NCBI GenBank assembly: GCA_016839605.1
Contig: JAEOTX010000159.1
Span: 1 to 25,934 of the forward strand
Direction: 5' to 3'
From: Candidatus Thorarchaeota archaeon
GTDB taxonomy: Archaea; Asgardarchaeota; Thorarchaeia; Thorarchaeales; Thorarchaeaceae
Length of the DNA: 25,934 nt
Shown here: in pieces, positions 17,804 through 25,604 of the stretch
Layout of the letters: each line of letters opens with the position of its first letter
Position numbering within the stretch: position 1 is the first letter of the stretch
Made by a program: the position numbers and the translations under genes
Notes under the pieces: model-generated
Told to the model about the DNA's origin: nothing
The model's input: the letters and a program-made list of their open reading frames with translations, nothing else
Databases searched by the model: none

Positions 17804-18298
17804 ATGGGGAAATTTCAGAGCAAGATGGATATCACAGTCTATGAGCACTTCAAGGACAAGAGCACTAAGCTCGTGTTTCTAATCCGCGAGTTGGAGCAGG
17901 TCTTAGGTAAGGAAAAAGCACACGAGATCGTTTCCAACTGGGCTGAGAAAAATGCAGTGAAAGACGTAAGCACCGTTGTGGACTCCTTAGATAGGCCGGT
18001 AGAATCCTTTGATGATGTTAAGGTGCTACTTAAGCACTGGGTAGATGCGCTCAACAAAGACAACATGGAGACTGTCGAGATTACTGAGGAAACGTCCACT
18101 AAATCTGTCTGCATAGTCACTGAGTGTATCTACGCTAAGGTATTCAATGACCTTGACGCACCAGATCTGGGATATTTGCTTCATTGCAAGCAAGACTTTC
18201 CAGCAACACCAGCCATTCATCCAAATATGAGATTGAAACGGTCTAAGACCGTTATGGAAGGACACGACTGCTGTGACTTCGAGTACTACTGGGAGTAA
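17804..18298 (+). CDS. L-2-amino-thiazoline-4-carboxylate (ATC) hydrolase-like protein
   Basis: VTEC.YA, LGYLLHC..D and LKRSKTVMEGHDCCDF, the family's Cys pattern. ATG 17804 follows GGAGTGG (the ORF is open from 17792). Confidence 0.8.
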   Translation: MGKFQSKMDITVYEHFKDKSTKLVFLIRELEQVLGKEKAHEIVSNWAEKNAVKDVSTVVDSLDRPVESFDDVKVLLKHWVDALNKDNMETVEITEETSTKSVCIVTECIYAKVFNDLDAPDLGYLLHCKQDFPATPAIHPNMRLKRSKTVMEGHDCCDFEYYWE

Positions 18299-18299
18299 A

Positions 18300-18317
18300 T
18301 GGATGCAGTTCCATCCA
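18300..18317. terminator. Small hairpin between convergent genes
   Basis: TGGATG-CAGTTC-CATCCA, a 6-bp inverted repeat immediately after the ATC-hydrolase stop. There is no strong T-tract. Confidence 0.25.
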
Positions 18318-18336
18318 ATGCTATCTGAGGAGTAGC

Positions 18337-18582
18337 TTAGTCAGATGCAGCACAGACATTCGTGACTGTGTCTTTCACACCATCGACCTTACGTAATGTA
18401 TCCACGACAAATGAACTCAAAGACTCAGGCGTCTTGAAACCGCCTTTGATCAAGAGGTCATATGCACCATAAATCAAGTGGGCTTCCTCAACCTCTTCTA
18501 GGTCGCGAACATGGACTAGAACATCACGGGCCTTTGCCGACTCGATTTTTGCCATGATAAAGGCTGTAATCACAAATTTCAC
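18337..18582 (-). CDS. Stand-alone Lrp/AsnC ligand-binding (RAM) domain protein
   Basis: 81 aa with AFIMAK, EAHLIYGAYDLLIK and LRKVDGVKDTVT. No HTH domain. Confidence 0.88.
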   Translation of the reverse strand: MKFVITAFIMAKIESAKARDVLVHVRDLEEVEEAHLIYGAYDLLIKGGFKTPESLSSFVVDTLRKVDGVKDTVTNVCAASD

Positions 18583-18716
18583 CCACCGAAAGACTACTTC
18601 GTGATAGTTCTCCTGTGGGAAACATAAAACTGTTCCTTCTCAGCAGCATATCCACTCCTCAGTACTTATTACTTGGTCTTGAAGGGCCGTTCGGGAACAC
18701 TGGGAGTGTATCTGCA

Positions 18717-19799
18717 ATGGAGGACAGCATTAGCCCCAATGTTAGAGAGGGCTGGACAGGCCCTGGACGACGCGATGGTGTAATAACGCCTCTCAAACCT
18801 GAGGACGATGCTCTGCACATTGAACTTGGGAAGAGGAACAACTTCGAGTGGTGGTATTTTGATGCGCATCTGGAAGGAGGATACACTGTTGTAGCCTTCT
18901 TCTATGCCGCTAATCCTAACCCAGGAATATCAGGAAAGACCGGCGTTGAATTAACACTGCTCAGACCGGACGGAAGAAAGACGCAGAGATTCATCGAATA
19001 CGAACGTTCTCAATTCAAGGCTTCTCGTGAGATACCAGACGTGAGAATCGGGAAGAACTACATGAAGGTTGACTACTCTCAAGGGGACCTACCAGTCTAT
19101 GAGATATTCTTGGATGAGGAAGAGCTAGGATTCCACCTCACATATCGGAGCCAAGTTCATGGTTGGAAACCGGGAGATGGTCATTCGCACTTTGGCGGGA
19201 AGGGATATTTCGCGTGGGTTGTCCCATTTGCAAGAGCAGCTGTTGAAGGGACCGTTCGTGACGGTGATGAAACGTTCTCTGTCACTGGCGTCGGATATCA
19301 CGACCACAATTGGTTGAATTTCGCGTTCCAGAGAATAATAGAATACTGGATGTGGGGGAGAGTGTATTCTGAGAACTACACTATCTCATATGCGTACATC
19401 AAATGCAACAAGAGCGTGGATCATCACACTGTGAAGGTGCTAATGCTCGCGAAGAATCAAGATGTCATCCTTAGTACAGGAGAGTACGAGTTCATCCCTG
19501 AGGATTTTGAATTTAATGAGGATGCAAATCATTTCTACCCCAAGTCCTTGACCATAAGAGATCCCGAAAAACTAGAAACCGTGATGAAAGTCCAGAGAAT
19601 CTTGGAGTCAGAGAACATGCTTGACAATTTCGGGGCACTTCTACGGTTCGCCGCTAGAAGGATATTACGACTCCAGCCAGGATACTTCAGACTGCTATCT
19701 GATTTCACTGTCAAAGTGAATCATGATGACAAGGTAGTAGAGGAATCTGGTACTACACTTCATGAAATCGTGGCCTTCAAGTCTATTCTGAAAGAGTGA
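18717..19799 (+). CDS. CrtC/AttH/tocopherol-cyclase-like (double beta-barrel) protein
   Basis: FEWWYFDA, GYHDHNW and WMWGR motifs. Likely start is ATG 18717 (the ORF is open from 18615). Confidence 0.7.
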   Translation: MEDSISPNVREGWTGPGRRDGVITPLKPEDDALHIELGKRNNFEWWYFDAHLEGGYTVVAFFYAANPNPGISGKTGVELTLLRPDGRKTQRFIEYERSQFKASREIPDVRIGKNYMKVDYSQGDLPVYEIFLDEEELGFHLTYRSQVHGWKPGDGHSHFGGKGYFAWVVPFARAAVEGTVRDGDETFSVTGVGYHDHNWLNFAFQRIIEYWMWGRVYSENYTISYAYIKCNKSVDHHTVKVLMLAKNQDVILSTGEYEFIPEDFEFNEDANHFYPKSLTIRDPEKLETVMKVQRILESENMLDNFGALLRFAARRILRLQPGYFRLLSDFTVKVNHDDKVVEESGTTLHEIVAFKSILKE

Positions 19800-19802
19800 G
19801 TA

Positions 19803-20582
19803 TTACTCATGGATTAGGACACATCGCATGGAAATTGATCCGTAAATCACCTTTCCTGCTGAATGGCTGACTCGTTCCTGAAGCTGTTTCAAGGCAAGCA
19901 CATAGAGTAGAGGGAGGTAGTGTTCATTTGCCCAGAATGCCTTTCCTGAGTTTGGCATGAGTTCGTAGTGGATTAGAGAGTGGTGATCATCCGCATCTAT
20001 CCTGCCTGCAATATCCTCATCGAACTCGTATGCCCAAGGATACCCTACGTGGTTCATCCTCGCTAGAGTCAAATTATGTACAATGTTGCCACTTCCAATG
20101 ATTAGGACTCCCTCTTTTCTTAGCTGAAGGAGTTCTCTTCCAAGGTTATAGTGTTCCTGTGGATCTAGTGCCTGATCAAGACTTAGCTGTAGCGTTGGAA
20201 TGTCTGCTTTGGGATACATTCTCGTTAGTACAATCCAGGCGCCGTGATCCAATCCTCGTGATTCGTCGGGGTAGACGGATTTCGCTTTGACCGTTTCCTG
20301 GATTCTCTTAGCAATATCTGGGGCTCCAGGAGCTGGATAGACCATATTGTAGAGCTCTTCCGGAAATCCATAGAAGTCATAGATTGTTTCTGGGCGAGAT
20401 GTTGTAGATACGAATATTCCACTTGATACCCAATGAGCGGAAATGCAGAGGATAGCCTTTGGCCTAGGTATCCGTGCAGCAAGATTCGCCCAGTTCGCTG
20501 CAAACTCATTGTTCTCAATTGCGTTCAAAGGTGATCCATGCCCAATGAAGAGCACTGGCATGAGAGATTCTGACTCTGTCAT
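19803..20582 (-). CDS. ygiD: Extradiol ring-cleavage dioxygenase, YgiD/4,5-DOPA dioxygenase (LigB) family
   Basis: FIGHGSP, ISAHW, YDFYGFP, RGLDHGAW, GSGNIVHNL and EHYLPL motifs. Confidence 0.88.
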   Translation of the reverse strand: MTESESLMPVLFIGHGSPLNAIENNEFAANWANLAARIPRPKAILCISAHWVSSGIFVSTTSRPETIYDFYGFPEELYNMVYPAPGAPDIAKRIQETVKAKSVYPDESRGLDHGAWIVLTRMYPKADIPTLQLSLDQALDPQEHYNLGRELLQLRKEGVLIIGSGNIVHNLTLARMNHVGYPWAYEFDEDIAGRIDADDHHSLIHYELMPNSGKAFWANEHYLPLLYVLALKQLQERVSHSAGKVIYGSISMRCVLIHE

Positions 20583-20631
20583 TGAACCAGCGTCAGCACA
20601 ATCGTGTATTAAGGGCTAACATATGGCAAGA

Positions 20632-21684
20632 CTAAATCCAACCTCTGCGTCTAAAGTAGAGCACCAAGACTAATGTGATGAGTAGCATTGCCATAAGGAA
20701 AACAGGGTACCCATAGATGAACTCCAGCTCTGGCATCCATGGCCAGTTCATTCCGTAAATACTTGCCATCAATGTGAGAGGGATGAAGATGGTGGAGATG
20801 ACAGTGAGAACCTTCATCACTTCGTTCATCTTATTGCTCATGCTTGAGAGGTAAATATCAAGCATTCCTGTGATTCCCTCTCGATAGGTCTCTGCGAGAT
20901 CGGTCACTCGAATTACGTGGTCGTAGAGGTCTCTAAGATAGACCTTGGTTGTTTCAGCGACAAGCTCAGTATCATCTCTGTTGAGAGCGAAGATTACCTC
21001 CCGAAGAGGCCAGATATACCTTCGAAGAGCCAATACCGTTCGCTTTAGCTTATAGATGCGACCAAGGACATCAGCGCTGGCGCCCTCAATAAGTTCATCC
21101 TCTAACTGCTCTATTCGCTCACCTACTTCTTCAAGGATCCTGAAGTAGTTGTCAACAACAACATCCACAAGAGCATACCCAAGATAGTCAGGACCATCCT
21201 TTCGGATTCTCCCGGTTGGTCTCCTAAGCCTATTCATAATTGCTTCAAAGATGTTCTGGGAAGACTCCTGAAATGAGAGAAGGACGTTGTTCCCCAATAT
21301 GATGCTTACCTGCTCGGAAACAACACGTCTATCCTCTCCGATGCTGTCGAAGAATCTTAGGACTAAGTAGACCTTATTCTGCAACACCTCAACCTTGGGA
21401 CGCTGACCTACACTTGGGATGTCTTCCAGAATCAGTGGATGAATGTCATAAGTTTCTCCCAGATACCTGAGAATCTCTAGGTCATGAACTCCATTTACAT
21501 GGACCCACTTCACATTCACTGACTCATGGGGAGGGTCGCAGTCTTGCATACTGTCTGCATCGTACTCGCTCATCTCACCTTCATTGTACTCAACAATCTC
21601 AATGGTGACCTTCTCAGTCCGCTCGATTCCTGTATGTACAGGAGTTCCAGGTGGAAGACCTACTTTGCTTGTTCCATCCGGCAT
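20632..21684 (-). CDS. corA: Magnesium/cobalt transporter CorA
   Basis: GLPPGT N-terminus, HPLILEDI...QRPK, NEVMKVLT, the YGMN signature, the MPEL loop and two C-terminal TM helices. Confidence 0.96.
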   Translation of the reverse strand: MPDGTSKVGLPPGTPVHTGIERTEKVTIEIVEYNEGEMSEYDADSMQDCDPPHESVNVKWVHVNGVHDLEILRYLGETYDIHPLILEDIPSVGQRPKVEVLQNKVYLVLRFFDSIGEDRRVVSEQVSIILGNNVLLSFQESSQNIFEAIMNRLRRPTGRIRKDGPDYLGYALVDVVVDNYFRILEEVGERIEQLEDELIEGASADVLGRIYKLKRTVLALRRYIWPLREVIFALNRDDTELVAETTKVYLRDLYDHVIRVTDLAETYREGITGMLDIYLSSMSNKMNEVMKVLTVISTIFIPLTLMASIYGMNWPWMPELEFIYGYPVFLMAMLLITLVLVLYFRRRGWI

Positions 21685-21818
21685 GAAACACCCATCCAGC
21701 GCTGTTTAACCTATTTGACGAACTGCTACGTCTACATAAGAATCCATACTGTTGCTGATAGTAGATATCAGTCGACAGAACTATCACTAGGTTTCTCTCA
21801 CCCCATCAAGGAGCTGAT

Positions 21819-22496
21819 TTGTTGGGTTCCATAAGCAGTGTTAGAAGACTGATCGATGAGCAGCACTTCCCTCTCTGGGGAATTGCTGGTTCGATAATTG
21901 GACTCCTCTTCATCCTTGGGTCACAAATACCCTACACAGGAAGCGAGGGTGAGCCTTTCTCAATGTTTAACCACTTTGTATCAGAGCTTGGAGAGATTGG
22001 GGTCTCTGAGTTTGCATTACTCTTCAACATAGGAATGATTCTCGCGGGCATTATCTTCATCCCATTCATGATTGGACTAGGACTTCACATGGATAATATC
22101 ATCTCAAAGATTGCAGGAGCAGTGGGTGTCTTCTCCGCCGCATCGATTTCTCTGGTTGGAGTATACCCAATGAACTACCTTGAAGCTCACACACTATGGG
22201 CGATGTCTTTCTTCCTAAGCGGAATGGTGATGGTAGTGCTATGGACAATAGCTATCCTAATCCAAAAGGATGTGAAGATACCAAAGGAGTTCTCAATGGG
22301 CGGACTCATCAACTTCGTAATCTTCTTCCTCTTCCTCTACGGGCCTTGGGAATCATTTTCCGATCTCACCACCCGTCCAGACATCTGGATGGTGCCTACT
22401 CTTGAATGGGGAATATACTTTGCAATCATTGGATATTTGCTTGTCATGGCAGTCTATGTGTGGAGGGGGCAGCAGAAATCCTCTGCAGGACCTTGA
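21819..22496 (+). CDS. DUF998-like multi-pass membrane protein
   Basis: About 6 hydrophobic helices with the FVSELG, FN.G, GVYP...H and late EW motifs. Confidence 0.7.
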   Translation: MLGSISSVRRLIDEQHFPLWGIAGSIIGLLFILGSQIPYTGSEGEPFSMFNHFVSELGEIGVSEFALLFNIGMILAGIIFIPFMIGLGLHMDNIISKIAGAVGVFSAASISLVGVYPMNYLEAHTLWAMSFFLSGMVMVVLWTIAILIQKDVKIPKEFSMGGLINFVIFFLFLYGPWESFSDLTTRPDIWMVPTLEWGIYFAIIGYLLVMAVYVWRGQQKSSAGP

Positions 22497-22500
22497 TTCT

Positions 22501-25404
22501 CTACTCCAGGAGTAAGGAAACTCTGCCGGGCAAAGCGAATCGAGCCTTGTTCTGCGGGTCATAGTCTGGTTTTGCTGCGTCGTGGATGGTCACATCCATG
22601 CCAATCTCTGAAGAGATGTATGTTGCCGAGTCCTTCAGTACTGCCATCTCTTCCTTGGCGTTCATTGAATGGTCCCACAGTCCATTTTCTTTCGCGATTC
22701 TGTCCACGATTCCCTTGACTTGTTTCCCATGAGTTCGAAAATCTGGATTTGACATCAGGTGTTTCATGATGTCTCCAACAATCAAAGAGATTTCCTTGGT
22801 TCTGATGCTATTCATTGCTTGGAACATCCATTCTGGAGCCACATAGATGTGTACAGCAGACGCCTTCTTGTCCTTCAGCAATTTGACAATCTCCCGGATA
22901 TCGCGCACAGTAGACTCTACAACCGTATGTGCCATCTCAGCAGACGGGTCTATCAATTTCTTGTCCGCCTTTGGCCAATCAGCCAAGGACACGTATCCAT
23001 CTTGGTTCATCTTGGACCAGAACTCCTCGCTGACATGAGGGGTCATTGGAGCTATCAAACGAACCCACCGATCACACACGTAAGCCATTGTACCATCGCG
23101 TTCCTCTTTAGAAACCTCGGTGCGATTCACGTAATGATTGACTGTTCGAATCATCTCCGACATGACTGTTATCGCATAGTCTCGGATACGGAAATTATCC
23201 ATGTAGTCAGTACACTCTTGGACAATTGAGTTTACACGAGAAAGAATCCATCTAGTGATCCCTGTTGGCTTGTCTTTCTTTCTGTATATCTTAGGTGTCT
23301 TCGTGGAATATTTCTTCATGATTTCGCTGAACTGTCTGATACGATTCCTTACAGCTGGAACATCGCGCTCGCGCCAGTCCATGATACTTCCGGGCTCTGC
23401 AGCTGATACCGCATAGGTTCGGAAAACATCAGCGCCGTATTTCTTGGGCATCTCTCCGAGAGGCAATGTGTTGCCCTTGCTCTTGGACATCTTCCCTCCC
23501 TCCATGTTCATGTGTTCATTCAGACTGATGCATTGAATCCAATGTTTCTTCGGGAATATCGCAGCATGATGAAAGATTGCGAAGCTCAAGTGGTTTGATA
23601 TGTGGGAGGGAGCTGTGTGTCGCTGGTCATTTGGATACCAATAGAGGAATTCATCGCGCATCGAATTCAGTATGTCGGATGAAACCTCTGTTTCCTGTGC
23701 GACCTTCTCAGCTTTTCCTTTTCCTAGAAAAACATAGTCAAAGAAACTCAGTGTTAGTTGTTCTGGCTTCAGCTTGTTCTGATTGATCTTGTGAGCAATC
23801 GTGTAGAATGCCATATAGATAGTTGAGTCGGATAGAGCTTCTATAATCCACTCGGGATCAAAGGGCAGCGGAGTCCCAATGCCTCTTCTTCTTGCACACG
23901 GTCTCTGGGCTAACCAGTCGAAAGTTGACTCGAACATGATCCTGAAGTTTTCAGGAATTATGCCCATCATTTTCAAAGCATCCCAAGCCTTATCCTTCCA
24001 CCCTGGGCTCTCATAATCCAAGAACCATTGCCCAGCCAAAACTGCGACTTGTACATCAGTTCCACACTTGCAGACAACAGGTCGTTCGTCAGGTTCGTAG
24101 AACACGTCACCTCGATTCTCCGACTTCAACCATTTAATGATATCATCCTTGACTCCGCTTACTTGTCTTCCAGAGAATGGCCCACAGTTATCCATCATGA
24201 CTCCTTCATAGAACTCAGCCTTGTAGACTTCTTGAGTCGCCTCTTCCAACTTCTCCTTGTCTTTCTGTGACGATACTCCCAGCTTCTCAACAACATCCTT
24301 TGTTAGAAACTCGCTCCCTCCCTCGATTTCAATCATAATGACGACATCAATCCCTCGGACGTCATCAGCAGATATCCCATAGGCTTGCAATTCCGTTGGA
24401 TCTTCCCATAAGTCCCGTAAGGCGATATAGTCGAAGGGTGCATGACCAGGGACAGAATAAACAACTCCGGTTGCATTGTCTACATCCACGAAATCTGCAG
24501 GAAGAATCGGTATGTTTCGACCATCGTGAATCGTCTGGCACGACTTGCCGACAATCTTGGAGCCAGGAAATGTGTCCAAGATCTTAACTTCCTTAGCCTG
24601 CAGTTTCAACTTCTCTGCAGCTGTGGATGAAACAATCCAAAGCTCACCATTAACGTCAGCTTTGACGTACTTTGCTGTCGGATTGATCCACAAGTTGGTT
24701 ATGCCAAAGGTTGTTTCAGGTCGCAAGGTCGCTGCTACTAGGAATCCATCCTCAAAGGGATATTTGAGGCTAGTGAACTCCTTGACTTTCGCAGTATTAC
24801 CCTCCTTTATGTCATCCTCACCGACTGGATTTCCGCAATTGGGACAATACAACAGCGGATGAGCGCCCTTTTGGATGTAGCCCGAGTCCATCAGCTTTTG
24901 ATACTGCCACGTGATAAAGCGGTTATAGATATCATCACCCGTTGTGAATTTGCGACGCCAGTCTATGCTGTAGCCGAGTGCTTTGAAGTCAGCCGAGATT
25001 GTTTCTGTGAAGAACAAGACTGTAGCCCAAGGATCTGTGAACTTCTTCACCTGGGCGTTGACCTCTTCCTCACTATCTAGATAGACGCGAAGATCGCGTC
25101 TGTACTGTTCAATGGCATCCTCATCCCCTCTTTTGACTCTGTCCACCATACCGAAAATGGGTGTGCCTGTAATATGAGATGCCATTGGATACAGAACGTT
25201 GAACCCCTGCATTCGCTTGTATCGCGCAATTAGATCTCCCACGGTGTAGGTTCTTCCATGTCCCATATGCAATGCACCGTTGGGGTATGGATAAGGCACA
25301 GTCAGGAAGAACTTCTTTCGGTTTGGGTCGGGATCTACTTCGAAGATACGATCCTTCTCCCATTGTTTCTGCCACTTCTTCTCAATCTTGGCTGACTCGC
25401 TCAT
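22501..25404 (-). CDS. leuS: Leucyl-tRNA synthetase, archaeal/eukaryotic type
   Basis: PYPYPNGALHMGH (HIGH), IDWRR, the CP1 editing domain (ATLRPET, GVVYSVPGHAPFD), LSDSTIYMA, KMSKSKGN and the archaeal C-terminus KARFALPGR. Confidence 0.97.
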   Translation of the reverse strand: MSESAKIEKKWQKQWEKDRIFEVDPDPNRKKFFLTVPYPYPNGALHMGHGRTYTVGDLIARYKRMQGFNVLYPMASHITGTPIFGMVDRVKRGDEDAIEQYRRDLRVYLDSEEEVNAQVKKFTDPWATVLFFTETISADFKALGYSIDWRRKFTTGDDIYNRFITWQYQKLMDSGYIQKGAHPLLYCPNCGNPVGEDDIKEGNTAKVKEFTSLKYPFEDGFLVAATLRPETTFGITNLWINPTAKYVKADVNGELWIVSSTAAEKLKLQAKEVKILDTFPGSKIVGKSCQTIHDGRNIPILPADFVDVDNATGVVYSVPGHAPFDYIALRDLWEDPTELQAYGISADDVRGIDVVIMIEIEGGSEFLTKDVVEKLGVSSQKDKEKLEEATQEVYKAEFYEGVMMDNCGPFSGRQVSGVKDDIIKWLKSENRGDVFYEPDERPVVCKCGTDVQVAVLAGQWFLDYESPGWKDKAWDALKMMGIIPENFRIMFESTFDWLAQRPCARRRGIGTPLPFDPEWIIEALSDSTIYMAFYTIAHKINQNKLKPEQLTLSFFDYVFLGKGKAEKVAQETEVSSDILNSMRDEFLYWYPNDQRHTAPSHISNHLSFAIFHHAAIFPKKHWIQCISLNEHMNMEGGKMSKSKGNTLPLGEMPKKYGADVFRTYAVSAAEPGSIMDWRERDVPAVRNRIRQFSEIMKKYSTKTPKIYRKKDKPTGITRWILSRVNSIVQECTDYMDNFRIRDYAITVMSEMIRTVNHYVNRTEVSKEERDGTMAYVCDRWVRLIAPMTPHVSEEFWSKMNQDGYVSLADWPKADKKLIDPSAEMAHTVVESTVRDIREIVKLLKDKKASAVHIYVAPEWMFQAMNSIRTKEISLIVGDIMKHLMSNPDFRTHGKQVKGIVDRIAKENGLWDHSMNAKEEMAVLKDSATYISSEIGMDVTIHDAAKPDYDPQNKARFALPGRVSLLLE

Positions 25405-25547
25405 GTGTGAATGCCTCTGTTTAATATTGAAGTGCTATTGGAGCCGTAACTAGTATCCTCTATAAAGGACACGCAAAAGTCAATCGTTCTAATAGTCGAG
25501 AACGCAATCCATCCTGGCTCACTCAAAGCTGTTCACGTGACAGTCCC

Positions 25548-25553
25548 TTATTA
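25548..25553 (+). promoter_or_regulatory. Putative TATA box for the last ORF
   Basis: TTATTA lies 26-31 nt upstream of ATG 25579, the spacing expected for a leaderless archaeal transcript. Confidence 0.35.
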
Positions 25554-25604
25554 GAGCTTTGGGCAACTTGATTTGGCCATGACCTATGAGCCGCCAAGGA
25601 TAGA

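Noticed and set aside
96-25375. Numerous 60-156 aa ORFs antisense to or out of frame within the main genes (e.g. 4957..5424, 10316..10720, 22759..23229)
   Set aside because: They overlap well-supported genes almost entirely and show no motifs, so they are shadow ORFs.
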